Shown: positions 48,568 to 59,805, counted from the stretch's first letter. The stretch: DNA of 64,000 bases from Thermoplasmata archaeon (GCA_021792255.1 JAJYUZ010000003.1:64001-128000); one strand, 5' to 3'. Made by a program: numbers and translations. The notes: generated by a model from the sequence alone, not told the origin.

Positions 48568-48897
48568 CTAATATCTCTTACCTTGCTCATCGCCCAGGAT
48601 ATCATCTATTCGCGAGTTCATTCGGCACATTTCCACCGTTATCTTGAGACTCCTCAAATTTTCTTCCATTCGGGGATTTAGATGAACACAGATTACTTTA
48701 TTCACCTTATTGTCTGTTAACATCTTCAGTACACTTCCGTGTCCAGCCTGTTCGTTTGTCATCTTGTTGTGTGGGTTCTCGACCAAATTCTTCACAATCT
48801 GATTGTCATCCTCCAGTCTTGCAATCATGAAATCTCTAGATCTTCCAAAATGTTCACTGACGGTTACACCGTCGTCGGTAGGTATTCCAACTATCAA
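48568..48897 (-). CDS. NifB/NifX (FeMo-cofactor-binding) family small protein
   Basis: 'IPTDDG.TVSEHFGRS..F', 'ENPH'. Confidence 0.85.
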   Translation of the reverse strand: MIVGIPTDDGVTVSEHFGRSRDFMIARLEDDNQIVKNLVENPHNKMTNEQAGHGSVLKMLTDNKVNKVICVHLNPRMEENLRSLKITVEMCRMNSRIDDILGDEQGKRY

Positions 48898-49138
48898 CTT
48901 AGATCACCATTCGAATCGAGATCACTTATTCCGAGATTATCATTTCTGTATTTTGTCACAGAGTGCTGTGCAGGGATTGCTCATTTCCTGGTGTTTACAC
49001 CTTCAGTCTTCATAGGGATCCGTACTTCAACTGATAAGAGAATCAAACTTTCTGGCTTTATCTAACTTTCCCGATAATTGAAAGAACATTCTGCCGTATA
49101 GTGAGATAAATTTTTATAAAGTGGAATTCTCAGTTTTT

Positions 49139-49927
49139 ATGAGAGGTCTCGCTGGTAAAGTTGCAATAGTCACAGCGGCTAGTTCTGGTATCGGGAAGGG
49201 TATCGCGAAGGTTCTGGCTTCCGAAGGATGCGTTGTCCACATTTCTTCTAGAGATGAGGTAAAATTGAGGAAAAGTGCAGAAGAGATAATGAAAGAAACT
49301 GGAAAGGAGGTACATCTCAGTCCCTGCGATTTGACCAAACCATCCGACGTCAGGAAAATGCTTTCCGAGGTTAAGAGCAAGTCAGGAAGCGTAGACTTTT
49401 TGGTGATAAATTTTGGGGATCCGAAAGTCGCACCTTTCATGGACATAACCGAAGAAGACTGGGATTCCGCAATCAACATGTTCCTAAAGAGCACCGTGAT
49501 AATGACGAGGAGTATCCTTCCAGAAATGGCAAAGAAGGGAGAGGGAAGATTCGTTTTCATCACCTCTCTGACGACCAAGCAGGTTCTAGAAAATTTCGCC
49601 ATATCTGCTTCACTCAGAGCTGCCGTGGTCAGTCTCTCTAAAGTTCTTTCGATCGAGTACGCTCAAAAAGGCATTACCTTCAACAGTATTTCACAGGGGT
49701 ACATCCAAACTCCAAGATTGGAAAATATAGCAAAAAGGAATGCAGAGAAAATGAACATCTCTGTTGAACAAGCGTACGATGCTATACGACAGGGGATTCC
49801 CGCAAAAAGGTTTGGAAAACCTGAAGAGATAGGGTACCTAGTTTCGTTCCTCTGTTCGAGCGATTCGGCGTATATAAACGGAACAAACATACAGATTGAT
49901 GGAGGACTTGTCAAGTTTCCATTCTAA
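49139..49927 (+). CDS. SDR family oxidoreductase
   Basis: 'VTAASSGIG', 'IPAKRFGKPEE', 'IDGG'. Atypical active site (S-x3-R in place of YxxxK). Confidence 0.9.
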   Translation: MRGLAGKVAIVTAASSGIGKGIAKVLASEGCVVHISSRDEVKLRKSAEEIMKETGKEVHLSPCDLTKPSDVRKMLSEVKSKSGSVDFLVINFGDPKVAPFMDITEEDWDSAINMFLKSTVIMTRSILPEMAKKGEGRFVFITSLTTKQVLENFAISASLRAAVVSLSKVLSIEYAQKGITFNSISQGYIQTPRLENIAKRNAEKMNISVEQAYDAIRQGIPAKRFGKPEEIGYLVSFLCSSDSAYINGTNIQIDGGLVKFPF

Positions 49928-50036
49928 AGAAAGTTTGGAATTTTTAGAAGGAATGGTGTCAACAAGTTAATGCACCATTCACATTTTATCTCTCGTCAAG
50001 AGATAATATATATTTTTGAAAATACTATCATTAATC

Positions 50037-51407
50037 ATGATTGTCAAGAACAAGTATAGTGGCGATCAATTTATCGAACTAAAAGATACGAACCTAGTAG
50101 ACGCAGAGACAACCTTGAACAGAGCTAAAAAGGCATTTCAAGAGATGAAAGAGCTTCCCTCTTTTGAGCGATATGAAGCCCTCTTAAGAGTATCAAAAGA
50201 GTTAGAAAACAGAAGAGAGGAGTTTGCGAAAATAATCTCAAACGAAGCGGGAAAGCCGATTAAATACTCTAGGGGAGAGGCAAGAAGAGCATCTATTACT
50301 ATGCTTTTTTCAGCGGAAGAATCTAAGAGGATTTACGGAGAGACTATTCCTATGGATGTAGAGTCTCGCGGAAAGAACAGATATGCCTATTACAACAGGG
50401 TCCCGATAGGTCCCGTCTTTGCAATCACGCCTTTTAATGATCCCTTGAACCTGGTCGCACACAAGGTAGGACCTGCACTTGCTGCGGGTAACTCGATAGT
50501 GAACAAACCCGCCTCCTTGACTCCTTACTCTGGTTATAGACTCAATGAAATAGTCAACAACTCTGGACTTCCGGAATATGCAATGCAGACCGTCGTTGGA
50601 TCTGGCGGAGGGGAAGTGACGAACTACTTCTTGAATTCTGAAGATGTCAAAATGGTGACCTTCACGGGAGGAGTTGAGGCTGCTGACAGACTGATCAAGA
50701 AAGCGGGGATCAAGAAATATTCTATGGAATTAGGGAGTAACTCACCAGTCATAGTCTGGAACGATGCGGATCTTGAGCTTGCCACCGATGCAATAGTGGA
50801 CGCTGCAATGGAATCGCAGGGGCAGAACTGTATCCACTCTCAAAGAATACTTATCCACAGGGAAATATATGACGATCTGTCCAAGAGACTGGTAGAGAAA
50901 GTAGCCAAACTAAAGGTGGGCGATCCCTTGGACGATTCGACCGATATTGGACCGATGATTGCAGAAAGTGAAGCCATACGAGTGGAGAAGGAAGTCAATA
51001 ACGCGGTAACTCACGGGGCGGAAGTACTGATTGGCGGTAAGAGGAATGGAAGATTTTACCAACCGACGCTAATGGCGAAAGTGAGCCACGACATGGGACT
51101 GTGGCATAACGAGATATTTGGTCCCGTCTCGATTCTTCAGCCCATCGAGGATTTTGAAGATGCGATCACCATGGCCAATGATGTCCCATATGGTTTGCAG
51201 GCGGGAATCTATACCAACAACCTGGATATCGCAATGAAGGCGATCCAGAAACTAGATTTTGGAGCCGTACTCATCAATGACACCTCAGATTTTAGAGTGG
51301 ACGTCATGCCCTTTGGTGGTATGAAACTGAGTGGACTCGGCAGAGAGGGCATCAGATTTGCCATCGAAGAAATGACCGAGATAAAACTCGCAATCTTCAG
51401 GAAGTGA
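50037..51407 (+). CDS. Aldehyde dehydrogenase
   Basis: 'ITPFND', 'FTGG', 'MELGSN', catalytic 'GQNC', 'EIFGP', 'PFGG.K.SG.GREG'. Confidence 0.94.
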   Translation: MIVKNKYSGDQFIELKDTNLVDAETTLNRAKKAFQEMKELPSFERYEALLRVSKELENRREEFAKIISNEAGKPIKYSRGEARRASITMLFSAEESKRIYGETIPMDVESRGKNRYAYYNRVPIGPVFAITPFNDPLNLVAHKVGPALAAGNSIVNKPASLTPYSGYRLNEIVNNSGLPEYAMQTVVGSGGGEVTNYFLNSEDVKMVTFTGGVEAADRLIKKAGIKKYSMELGSNSPVIVWNDADLELATDAIVDAAMESQGQNCIHSQRILIHREIYDDLSKRLVEKVAKLKVGDPLDDSTDIGPMIAESEAIRVEKEVNNAVTHGAEVLIGGKRNGRFYQPTLMAKVSHDMGLWHNEIFGPVSILQPIEDFEDAITMANDVPYGLQAGIYTNNLDIAMKAIQKLDFGAVLINDTSDFRVDVMPFGGMKLSGLGREGIRFAIEEMTEIKLAIFRK

Positions 51408-51614
51408 AACGTAGAAAAATAACATCTTTCGGCAAGAAACGACTGTCATTTGAGAGGAGAAAGGAGGAACGTGTCAGAAGACATTAGAGTTTGAAAAAGT
51501 GATGGAGCACCCGGACCAATAATTGCTAGAACGCTTGACTTCATCCTGATCGGTAGTAACAAGGAACAATTTAGCCCTAGTATGAAAATTCTAACTAATC
51601 TTTCTAGAGGAGAT

Positions 51615-52754
51615 CTAAGACATCGAGACTAGATACATTTGAATTGCATCAAGTCCAGTATCAATAGCTTCTAATGATCCCGAGAATGATATTCGAATGT
51701 GTCCTTCTCCCGTTTTCCCAAATGCAATTCCTGGCAGTACTGCGACCTGATACTTATCCAATAGTCCCTTTGCCAAGTCCTCTGATTTCATCTTAACTTC
51801 GTACGATGGAAAAGCATAGAATGCTCCTTCGATGGGATAAGTCTTTAACTTCCCTATTTCAGAGAGCCTCTTTTCTACGTGTATCTTCTTTTTCCTAAAG
51901 TCTTCCCTGAATTCACTTATGAAACGATCCCCACTTCTTAACGCGTATGCAGACGCCTTCTGAATGAATGGAGGCGAACAGGTATAGGTATGTTCAATGA
52001 CCCTCGCAATATTGGTTATCACATCTCGATGTGCGATCGTATAGCCGGCCCTCCAGCCGGTCATCGAATAGCTCTTTGACAGACTGAAAATTGTTATAAC
52101 CAAGTCTGGGTGGTCCTCAAGAGATCCGATCGAGAAGTGTTCCTTCTCATAGACAAGATCTTCGTAAGCCTCATCACTTATTATTTTGATTCCTTTGGAC
52201 TTGCAGGCTTCGTACAACTCTTTGAGATCCTTCTTGTCCAGGATTCTTCCGGTGGGATTACCTGGTGAATTTATCATGACAGCAGCAGTCTTGTCGTCAA
52301 GCATCGAAGTGACATTTGAGATGCTGAAAGAGAGATCGCTTCTGAGAGGGTACCTAACTGGAGTCAAACCTGCAAGAAGCGCTGGTTCGGTATAGAAATA
52401 GCCTGGATCGGGAATCAGTATCTTTGGTCTCCTCCCAGCAATTGCCATCATCGCGGCGTAGATGCTTTGCTTAGCCGTTATGAAAACTGTGTTTTCTAAA
52501 GTCGCTTTGATGTTATTTTTTCTGTTGACCTTTTCCACTATTGCGTCCCTGACATCCTTTATTCCGTACGATGAAGTGTAGTGCGTTTCCCCCTCATTCA
52601 TGCTCTTGTACGCAACCTCTATTATTTCTTTTGGAGTTTTGAAAATGGGCTCACCTATCGCAAGAGAAGTAACTTTTTCACCTCTTGCGAGTTTTTGAAG
52701 TACCGTGTTTACGACTTCAAGAGATGGAGAACCTTCTAACTCGCTAATGAACAT
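51615..52754 (-). CDS. PLP-dependent aminotransferase class I/II (AspC-like)
   Basis: 'NSPGNPTG', 'SDEAY', 'SLSKSYSMTGWRAG'. Start placed at the second Met. Confidence 0.92.
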   Translation of the reverse strand: MFISELEGSPSLEVVNTVLQKLARGEKVTSLAIGEPIFKTPKEIIEVAYKSMNEGETHYTSSYGIKDVRDAIVEKVNRKNNIKATLENTVFITAKQSIYAAMMAIAGRRPKILIPDPGYFYTEPALLAGLTPVRYPLRSDLSFSISNVTSMLDDKTAAVMINSPGNPTGRILDKKDLKELYEACKSKGIKIISDEAYEDLVYEKEHFSIGSLEDHPDLVITIFSLSKSYSMTGWRAGYTIAHRDVITNIARVIEHTYTCSPPFIQKASAYALRSGDRFISEFREDFRKKKIHVEKRLSEIGKLKTYPIEGAFYAFPSYEVKMKSEDLAKGLLDKYQVAVLPGIAFGKTGEGHIRISFSGSLEAIDTGLDAIQMYLVSMS

Positions 52755-52894
52755 GACAAGAAATCTCTGACTCATATAAAAGGAATGATTCTAATCTGTT
52801 CTTTCACCCAAATGTGACATAATTGGTATTCAAATTGGACCCTCTGTTGAGGTTCTCACGACAAGCTCTAAATATAGGTCACCGTTGCAATTAT

Positions 52895-53260
52895 ATGGTC
52901 GATCTAAAGAAACTATCTTGGTCAGAAGTCAAGTCAGAGAAGCTTACCGAACTGCTTTCCAGAAAGCTGATCTATGGAGACAGAGTGATGCTCGCAGAGG
53001 TCAGGTTGAAGAAAGGAACTGTTGTGCCAGAACATCACCACGAGAGTGAACAACTTACGTGGATAACGAAGGGAGGACTCCTGTTTGAAATAGACGGAAA
53101 GACAATCAAAGTTATGGAAGGAGAAGTTCTGGTGATTCCATCAAACAAGCCTCACAAGGCCACCGCTCTAGAAGACACAATAGACATGGACATCTTTAGC
53201 CCGATAAGAGAGGACTGGCTGACCGGAAATGACCAATACCTCAGAGGCGGAAAGAGTTAG
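52895..53260 (+). CDS. Cupin domain protein
   Basis: 'PEHHHESEQ', 'IPSNKPH', 'DIFSPIREDW'. Confidence 0.9.
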   Translation: MVDLKKLSWSEVKSEKLTELLSRKLIYGDRVMLAEVRLKKGTVVPEHHHESEQLTWITKGGLLFEIDGKTIKVMEGEVLVIPSNKPHKATALEDTIDMDIFSPIREDWLTGNDQYLRGGKS

Positions 53261-53760
53261 ACCTGAACTACTTCGGTCTTAACTCCGTGCGAGACTATGT
53301 AGAGCGCAGGACACTTAGTGGAATTCTTGATTATCTCTCTTATGTCCTTGTCAGCCTCTATCTCGATCTTCAGTTCCTTTACAAGAGGAAAGTCACTTGG
53401 TTGAAGCATCGGACCTATGTCATAAAAAAGATGAGCCTTGAGCTTGAGCTTGCTTAGTTTCACGCCCTTGAGAGAAGCAGAAAGAACTATGGAAGAGGAA
53501 TAGCAGGACATTACACCCAACAAAAGATAATTGAGTGGACTCGTATATACTCCCTTCCCGCCAAGAACTGTAGGCTCGTCAACGCCCATATTGAAGGTAG
53601 CAAAGTTAGAGGACAATGTCGCTGTGAACATCGGACTACCATCGAAGTGAAACTCTCCTTCCACGTGCTTTTCGACAGCGAAGTGTCCGCCATCGGCTTC
53701 CACTTTCTTCTTGGTCTCCCTTACTACGCTTAGATCCAGATTATTTACAATTTCGGGCAT
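53257..53760 (-). CDS. OsmC-family protein
   Basis: 'DEPTVLGG...SP..YLL.G..SC' and a second Cys in 'KCP'. Confidence 0.82.
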   Translation of the reverse strand: MPEIVNNLDLSVVRETKKKVEADGGHFAVEKHVEGEFHFDGSPMFTATLSSNFATFNMGVDEPTVLGGKGVYTSPLNYLLLGVMSCYSSSIVLSASLKGVKLSKLKLKAHLFYDIGPMLQPSDFPLVKELKIEIEADKDIREIIKNSTKCPALYIVSHGVKTEVVQV

Positions 53761-54045
53761 AATATATCGCCATTTACACAGCCCTCGTGTCTATTTATAA
53801 TTTTGTCGGTTCGTTCCGAAGTTCATACTACCTTATCTTCTTCACAACGCTGAATCTGCCTTAGTCGAGATACTAGCTCCTGGGGTGTAACTTTTCGATT
53901 AAAAAAGAGAGCAGACCGGTCAATCATACTTAGAAAATTCTGGAAGATGTTTCTCAGATTATTTCCGGTCAAAGTGGAAAGAGTCGGTTAGACCATATCT
54001 TTAGTCGTGGCCTGACCCATTTCCATGGGTCTACAGAGACCAGGC

Positions 54046-54079
54046 AAAAGAAGAAGGCACCTTCGACATCTGAAGGTGC
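54046..54079 (-). terminator. Stem-loop plus pyrimidine tract after the aminotransferase stop
   Basis: Minus strand GCACCTTC-agatgtc-GAAGGTGC-CTTCTTCTTTT. A second hairpin (GACCCAT/ATGGGTC) follows. Confidence 0.55.
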
Positions 54080-55281
54080 TACTTACCTGCAGTCTCGAAT
54101 ACCTTGCCCAATCTCTTGATGCCCTCTACTATATTTTCGTCGCTACTGTAAGTGTAATTGAGCCTCATCGATTCGTGGTTGTCGCCATCAGGATAGAACT
54201 CTGATCCTACAACGTAGAGAACTTTCTTCTTTATCGCCTCTTGGAGCATTTTATCCGTATTGGCCCCCTTCTTGGTCACCCAGATGAACATTCCACCGTC
54301 TGGTCTGGTAAACTCGACACCATTCGGAAGATATTCTTCAAGGGACTCTATCATTAAGTCTCTTTTCCGTCTGTACAGTTCTATAACATTTGGAATCCAT
54401 CTATCGATGTACCCACCGGATACGTAAGCTTCAGCCAAGTATTCGGATATTGTACTGGAAGCTAGATCTAGGGCCTGTTTGACCATCTTCAGTTTGTCCA
54501 CCAGATCGTGGGAAGTGATTACATATCCCAGCCTGAATCCGGGAGCCAGTACCTTTGAAAACGTCCCGAGAAAAGTCACAATGTTGTTCTTATCCAGTGC
54601 CTTGAGAGGAGGTAGCTGAGTACCTGAGAACCTCAAACTTCCATAGGGATCATCTTCCATCACCAATATTCCATTTTCCGAGGCAATCTCTAGAAGTTCC
54701 TTTCTCCTTTCCAGGTTCATTGAAATACCTGTGGGGTTCTGGAAGTTTGGCAACACGTACATGAACTTCGGGTTTGGATACTTCTTTAGCGTCTGTCTCA
54801 GGGAATCCATCTTCATCCCATTTCTGTCAATTTCCACGCCGACCATTCTCACCCCCGAAGCTTTGAAGGCAGTTATTGCCCCGAGATACGTTGGTGCCTC
54901 CGAGATAACATAGTCGCCTGGATTTGCCAATATTTTTCCCAGTAAATATAGGGCTTCCTGAGAACCCGCAGTCTGAACAATATCTGTTGGATCGCACTCT
55001 ATTCCCTGCTGTTGTTTCATCCTCTTGGCCAGTGCAACGCTCAGTGTGTTCAACCCTTCCGTCGAACCGTACTGCAGCATTTTCCTGCCGCTCTTTGTGA
55101 TTAGCTCATCGAATATTTTCTTCACATCATCTACCGGAAACGATTCCGGATTCGGAAGGCCCCCTCCAAAAGATATCATTTCTGGGTCTCCTATCGCTTT
55201 AAGAATAGATTCGATTGCAGAGGGTTTCATCGAATTTACTATCGTTGAGAACTCTCTCTTAACTGACAAATTCGTGACCAT
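54079..55281 (-). CDS. PLP-dependent aminotransferase (LysN/kynurenine/aromatic type)
   Basis: 'ISFGGGLP', 'GSQEAL', 'FQNPTG', 'EDDPY', 'TFSKVLAPGFRLG', 'GGMFIW'. Confidence 0.92.
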   Translation of the reverse strand: MVTNLSVKREFSTIVNSMKPSAIESILKAIGDPEMISFGGGLPNPESFPVDDVKKIFDELITKSGRKMLQYGSTEGLNTLSVALAKRMKQQQGIECDPTDIVQTAGSQEALYLLGKILANPGDYVISEAPTYLGAITAFKASGVRMVGVEIDRNGMKMDSLRQTLKKYPNPKFMYVLPNFQNPTGISMNLERRKELLEIASENGILVMEDDPYGSLRFSGTQLPPLKALDKNNIVTFLGTFSKVLAPGFRLGYVITSHDLVDKLKMVKQALDLASSTISEYLAEAYVSGGYIDRWIPNVIELYRRKRDLMIESLEEYLPNGVEFTRPDGGMFIWVTKKGANTDKMLQEAIKKKVLYVVGSEFYPDGDNHESMRLNYTYSSDENIVEGIKRLGKVFETAGK

Positions 55282-55574
55282 GGAATTTGATGTGATTTGA
55301 CAGTAAAAATATTTCTACGGTTTTTTGAGAGATGGGGGACCAAAATGCATAAATGATATCACACTCAGTAGGACAAACTAGAATATCTCCATCTTCTCAG
55401 ATCAAATGTCAGCAGACCATCTGAAAAACGACGCCCAGAAATAGTCTTTCTCTATTCATGCTTCTCAGCCCTCAGCGACTGTGTACGTGCGAACCATTTC
55501 AGCAAAGTGGAGTGAATGAAAATCGGGAAAAGAAATTAAAAGGAAAAAAATAAAAAAACTACCTATTTCCGTTC

Positions 55575-57200
55575 CTATTGGGTAATGTCTTCGACGCCCT
55601 TGAAATGACTGCTTCCCTTCACGCCAGAGTAGACCCCGATGTAGTAGAACACGATTGTGACTATGATGAACACGACCGTATCCCAGGGGAAAGGCACCAA
55701 ATTGATTCCGGCGAAGAACGAGCTGCCTATGTACGAGAATCCAAGGATGAATAGCATGAAGACTGGCATCCATATTCCATACAGGAGCCCCTTTCCGCTT
55801 GTCTTGTTGTATCTGTTATAAACAAGCAGGAGCAGTATCCCAGCGAGGTCTAGCGGTATCACGATTTCTATTGCCTTGAACCCAGACCAAAAGACCATCA
55901 GGTTTGTGACGACGAATGCAAACGGTGCAAGCACACCCGCCATGGGAAGTTTGTACGGCCTCTTTGCATTGGGTGCCGTTTTCCTGAATACAGATAAACT
56001 GATAATTCCTGGCGCGTACGATAGGAGGAAAGCATCGACCATCAATCCGATGATGGTTGCAAGGGACCTTCCCAGAGCGACGAGTACCAGAGATACTATC
56101 ACCACGAGGATTACGGAGTAAGTCGGAACTCCGCGTCCACTTACGTGACCCATAGTTTTCGGAAAGTATTTGTCTTCCCTTCCCAGTATTTGACCTACTC
56201 TTGCTGCGCCACCATAGTAGATGATACCGTCTTTGAATGTTGCCAAGAGAGCGACCACTACTGCTACAATCACTATCGCAGGAATCACAAGCACTTGGGC
56301 TTCAGATGCATACGGAGAACCAAAGCTTAGGAAATCGGACCACTGGCTTACCCCGAATGCTCCAAAGTTTGCCGCACCCACGAATATGAATGCAAGAAGG
56401 GCGTATATGACTCCAGAAATTACTATAGAGAGCACAACTGCCTTCGGTATGCTCTTTCCTGGGTTTTTCACTTCCTCAGCATAGTCTATCGGCTGTCTGA
56501 ATCCTCCGTACCCGAATATCGTAAGGGTGATTGCCGTGAAGAAGCCTACGGCACCGTATGGAGCTATTCCTCCAAGTGCACTCGAATTGAAGTTAGATCC
56601 GTGGAAGAAGAATCCAAGTCCTATTACCAGTGCTGCAATGAGAACGACCGTGACGACGGTCAACCAGTTGTTTATTGCACCCATATGCTTGATTCTTAGC
56701 ATGTTGATCAAGAAGACCGCAACGAGCACTATCTCAGAAACAGCTATACCCTCAAGCGAAAGGAATCCCCCAGAATACATTGACGGATAATAGAAGCTCA
56801 AATACTCTACGAAGGAGAATACCACCACAGGTGAAACCAGGAGATATCCTACGAAGGCGGACCATCCATTGATTGCACCCACAAGTGGACCATTACTTCT
56901 CGATGGATAGTATGCAACTCCACCTGCTTTTGGCCACGTTGTCCCGAGTTCCGAGTATGCAAGTCCTACGGGTATGAGCATAGCCATTGCTACAAACCAC
57001 GACAGGATCCCGAGGGGTCCTGCAAAGGCAACTGTAAACACTGGTGCGAAGGCCACTGCGGGACCCAGAATCGCCCCCAGAGCGAGAAATACGACACTCC
57101 AAGTCCCCAAATCCTTTCTGTATCCAGACACTTTCGGAGCTTCGGTTCCAGGTTCTTTCGAACCTGAAGGAAGCCCCCCACTTTTCACTTGTTCACTCAT
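55575..57200 (-). CDS. APC-family amino acid/polyamine permease (copy 1)
   Basis: 'GAILG', 'YSELGTTWPKAGG', 'GFRQPIDYAEE', 'RPYKLP'. Followed by a T-rich terminator. Confidence 0.92.
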   Translation of the reverse strand: MSEQVKSGGLPSGSKEPGTEAPKVSGYRKDLGTWSVVFLALGAILGPAVAFAPVFTVAFAGPLGILSWFVAMAMLIPVGLAYSELGTTWPKAGGVAYYPSRSNGPLVGAINGWSAFVGYLLVSPVVVFSFVEYLSFYYPSMYSGGFLSLEGIAVSEIVLVAVFLINMLRIKHMGAINNWLTVVTVVLIAALVIGLGFFFHGSNFNSSALGGIAPYGAVGFFTAITLTIFGYGGFRQPIDYAEEVKNPGKSIPKAVVLSIVISGVIYALLAFIFVGAANFGAFGVSQWSDFLSFGSPYASEAQVLVIPAIVIVAVVVALLATFKDGIIYYGGAARVGQILGREDKYFPKTMGHVSGRGVPTYSVILVVIVSLVLVALGRSLATIIGLMVDAFLLSYAPGIISLSVFRKTAPNAKRPYKLPMAGVLAPFAFVVTNLMVFWSGFKAIEIVIPLDLAGILLLLVYNRYNKTSGKGLLYGIWMPVFMLFILGFSYIGSSFFAGINLVPFPWDTVVFIIVTIVFYYIGVYSGVKGSSHFKGVEDITQ

Positions 57201-57212
57201 TTTTTTTACACC

Positions 57213-57866
57213 TCAATAAACGTCCATGGCTACGACCCTCGCCATGGCTCCACTCGCTTTAAAAATCTTGAGCGGAAGAGCGGCAATTAGGTATTTTTTT
57301 CCTTCCTTGAGCTGGTCCAAGCCTGCTAGATCTTCGATGAAGGCAAATCCGTGCGACAGAAGCGCTTTATGAACCTTAAAGTCCGCATGACTGTAAGGCT
57401 CTATCCCGAGCGTGTCTATTCCGATTAGCTTTGGCTTGTGTTTTATTAGAAAATCGACCGTATCTAGTGCAAGCCCCGGGAACTCGTACTGAAACTCCCT
57501 GGTAAATCCCCTCTTCTTGTCCCATCCCGTATTGATGAGTACTATTTTTCCGTCATACTCATCCTTCCACTTATTTTTCAGGTGTTTCAGAGTAATTTCA
57601 GTTCCGTCAGTTTTGGGTCTGATCACATAGCCTTCTCCGACTAGTTGCTTCAGGGGGAGATCGTCTACTGTCGTCATGGTTTCAATCATGTGGTATGGTG
57701 CGTCGATGTGGGTACCGCTGTGTGTGACAGAAGAATAAGACTCCACATTGTAACCATCTCGAGCCGCGATGCCTATTGGAGCCACACTCAAAAGAGGATT
57801 TGTTGGCCACAAAGGCATATAGGTTTTGAGGGTTACGCTCAGGTCGAAAATACCCCTAATTTCCAT
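57213..57866 (-). CDS. Cyclase family metal hydrolase (kynurenine formamidase/isatin hydrolase-like), copy 1
   Basis: HxGTHxDxPxH motif 'HSGTHIDAPYH', 'GIDT', 'LPLK'. Confidence 0.92.
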   Translation of the reverse strand: MEIRGIFDLSVTLKTYMPLWPTNPLLSVAPIGIAARDGYNVESYSSVTHSGTHIDAPYHMIETMTTVDDLPLKQLVGEGYVIRPKTDGTEITLKHLKNKWKDEYDGKIVLINTGWDKKRGFTREFQYEFPGLALDTVDFLIKHKPKLIGIDTLGIEPYSHADFKVHKALLSHGFAFIEDLAGLDQLKEGKKYLIAALPLKIFKASGAMARVVAMDVY

Positions 57867-58117
57867 CAAGACAAATAATTTAACGATGTATTAAGTTTAT
57901 CGGTAAGCGCTTGATTTCTCGCACTGGACAACATCTGAAGACATTCGTCTTCGAGACAATCTTCCTCACAAAGCTTCCTTGACAATCAAAATTCTCCAGT
58001 AAAGAACAATCATCCAAATTGATGATGCTATTTTTAACCAAGTCGACTATAGTTCTAAGAGCAGGAAAGTTAGGCTGAATTTTAAAAAATCGAAAACATT
58101 TTGGACTTATAAACAAG

Positions 58118-58131
58118 TTAATATATATTAA
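58118..58131. promoter_or_regulatory. Perfect 14-bp AT palindrome / TATA element in the divergent intergenic region
   Basis: TTAATATATATTAA, 33 bp upstream of the permease ATG at 58165. Confidence 0.45.
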
Positions 58132-58164
58132 AATTCATAACACAGATGGGGGTTTTAGCATAAC

Positions 58165-59760
58165 ATGACTCAAACGGAAGAAGCAGCAATTAAACCTACA
58201 CAGGTGGAAAAGAGAGAATACAGAAAGGAGCTAAATTTTTGGCATATTGTGTTCTTGACAGTAGGAGCAATTTTTGGATCCGCTGTTGCTTTTGTCCCTG
58301 TCTATGTATTAGCATATGGGGGGCCAGCAGGTATATTGGCATGGCCTATCGCCTTCCTGCTCATTTTGCCGATAGCTTTCCTGTATGTAGAATTAGGAAC
58401 TATGTGGCCTAGATCAGGTGGAATCGCTTATTATCCTGCGCGTAGCCACGGCAGCGTCGTCGGCTTGATGAACGGATGGAGTACCTACATTGGCTACACA
58501 CTTGCGCTGCCGACAGAAGTCGCAGTCGTCGTGGAATATTTCGGGTTCTACTATGCTCCACTGTATTCAAACGGATCTATTACAGCACTCGGAATTCTTT
58601 TGGGAGTAGTAATACTTGCATTGATATTTATCGTAGAAATACGACACGTAAAGGTCATTGGAAATGTAAACAATGGTTTTACAATCGCAAAAGTCCTGCT
58701 GATGGTAATAATAGCACTCGCACTCATATCATTCTTCAACGGTAAGAATCTCACCGCCTTTGGGGGCTTCGCACCCTTTGGATTTCCCGGTATCTTCCTG
58801 GCCATCTCAGCCACCATATTCGCTTATGCTGGCTTCAGGCAGCCAGTAGACTATGCCGAAGAAATCAAAGAGCCAGGCAAGGTTCTCCCGAAAGCAATTG
58901 GAATCTCTTTAGTCATCGTAATGATCTTGTACATCCTTGAAAGCGTCGCCTTCGTGGGAACAATTAACTGGACAAAGCTCAGTCTTCCTAGCGGTGGATG
59001 GGCAAACCTATTCAGTCTGAGCTCTCCATATACGAGCGCCTCGGTCAATGTAGGATTGGTCGCGTTCGGAGTCTTAGCCGTGATCGTGATCATAATTGCG
59101 TCGTTCAGTGATGGAATCGTTTACTGGGGTGGGGCTGCCCGAGTCGGCAATACCCTCTCTAGATACGACAGATATTTCCCGGATTTCTTCTCCAACCTTA
59201 GCAAGAGAGGGATTCCATTCAATTCGGTAGTTGTCGTATTCCTGATTGCGGTTTTCTATCTGATCCTTCTTCCGTCTTTTGCATCTCTAATTGGTGTCTT
59301 CATAGATGCTGTCGTTATCTCCTATGCGCAGTCAGCAATTAGTCTTGCCATATTCAGGAAAAAGTTTCCTAACGAAAACAGACCATACAAGTTACCATTT
59401 TACAGAGTCATGGCTCCGCTGGCGTATGTCATTGCCGGACTCTTGGTGTACTGGTCGGGTTTCCACGCGATAATGATCGCGATCCCATCCGTCTTTGTTG
59501 GACTGCTATTCTTGATCATCGCAAGGAAAAAGAACAATTTCGGCATGGCAGACCTGAAGGCAGGTATTTGGCTACCAATATATCTCGTCGTGATAGTGGC
59601 TCTATCCTACCTCGGGAGTTCGTATTTTTACGGCACAAACCTGATACCGTTCCCGTGGGATAATGTACTGTTCGCTATCGTTACCTTGGTCTTCTATTAT
59701 TGGGGATACTACTCTGGAATGAAGTACGAGGGAAAAGGAGTCGTTGACGCACCCGCTTGA
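58165..59760 (+). CDS. APC-family permease (copy 2)
   Basis: 'GAIFG', 'ELGTMWPRSGG', 'GFRQPVDYAEE', 'PFPWD'. Clear paralogue of 55575-57200. Confidence 0.92.
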   Translation: MTQTEEAAIKPTQVEKREYRKELNFWHIVFLTVGAIFGSAVAFVPVYVLAYGGPAGILAWPIAFLLILPIAFLYVELGTMWPRSGGIAYYPARSHGSVVGLMNGWSTYIGYTLALPTEVAVVVEYFGFYYAPLYSNGSITALGILLGVVILALIFIVEIRHVKVIGNVNNGFTIAKVLLMVIIALALISFFNGKNLTAFGGFAPFGFPGIFLAISATIFAYAGFRQPVDYAEEIKEPGKVLPKAIGISLVIVMILYILESVAFVGTINWTKLSLPSGGWANLFSLSSPYTSASVNVGLVAFGVLAVIVIIIASFSDGIVYWGGAARVGNTLSRYDRYFPDFFSNLSKRGIPFNSVVVVFLIAVFYLILLPSFASLIGVFIDAVVISYAQSAISLAIFRKKFPNENRPYKLPFYRVMAPLAYVIAGLLVYWSGFHAIMIAIPSVFVGLLFLIIARKKNNFGMADLKAGIWLPIYLVVIVALSYLGSSYFYGTNLIPFPWDNVLFAIVTLVFYYWGYYSGMKYEGKGVVDAPA

Positions 59761-59805
59761 TCTTTTTATTTTTCTTTTTTCTTTACCCTATTTTCCCATT
59801 TTTTT
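59761..59805 (+). terminator. Oligo-T archaeal terminator
   Basis: Long T-rich tract directly after the stop codon. Confidence 0.6.

Noticed and set aside
48568-48897. Nitrogen fixation gene
   Set aside because: Stand-alone NifX-like proteins are widespread in non-diazotrophic archaea, and no nif genes are nearby.
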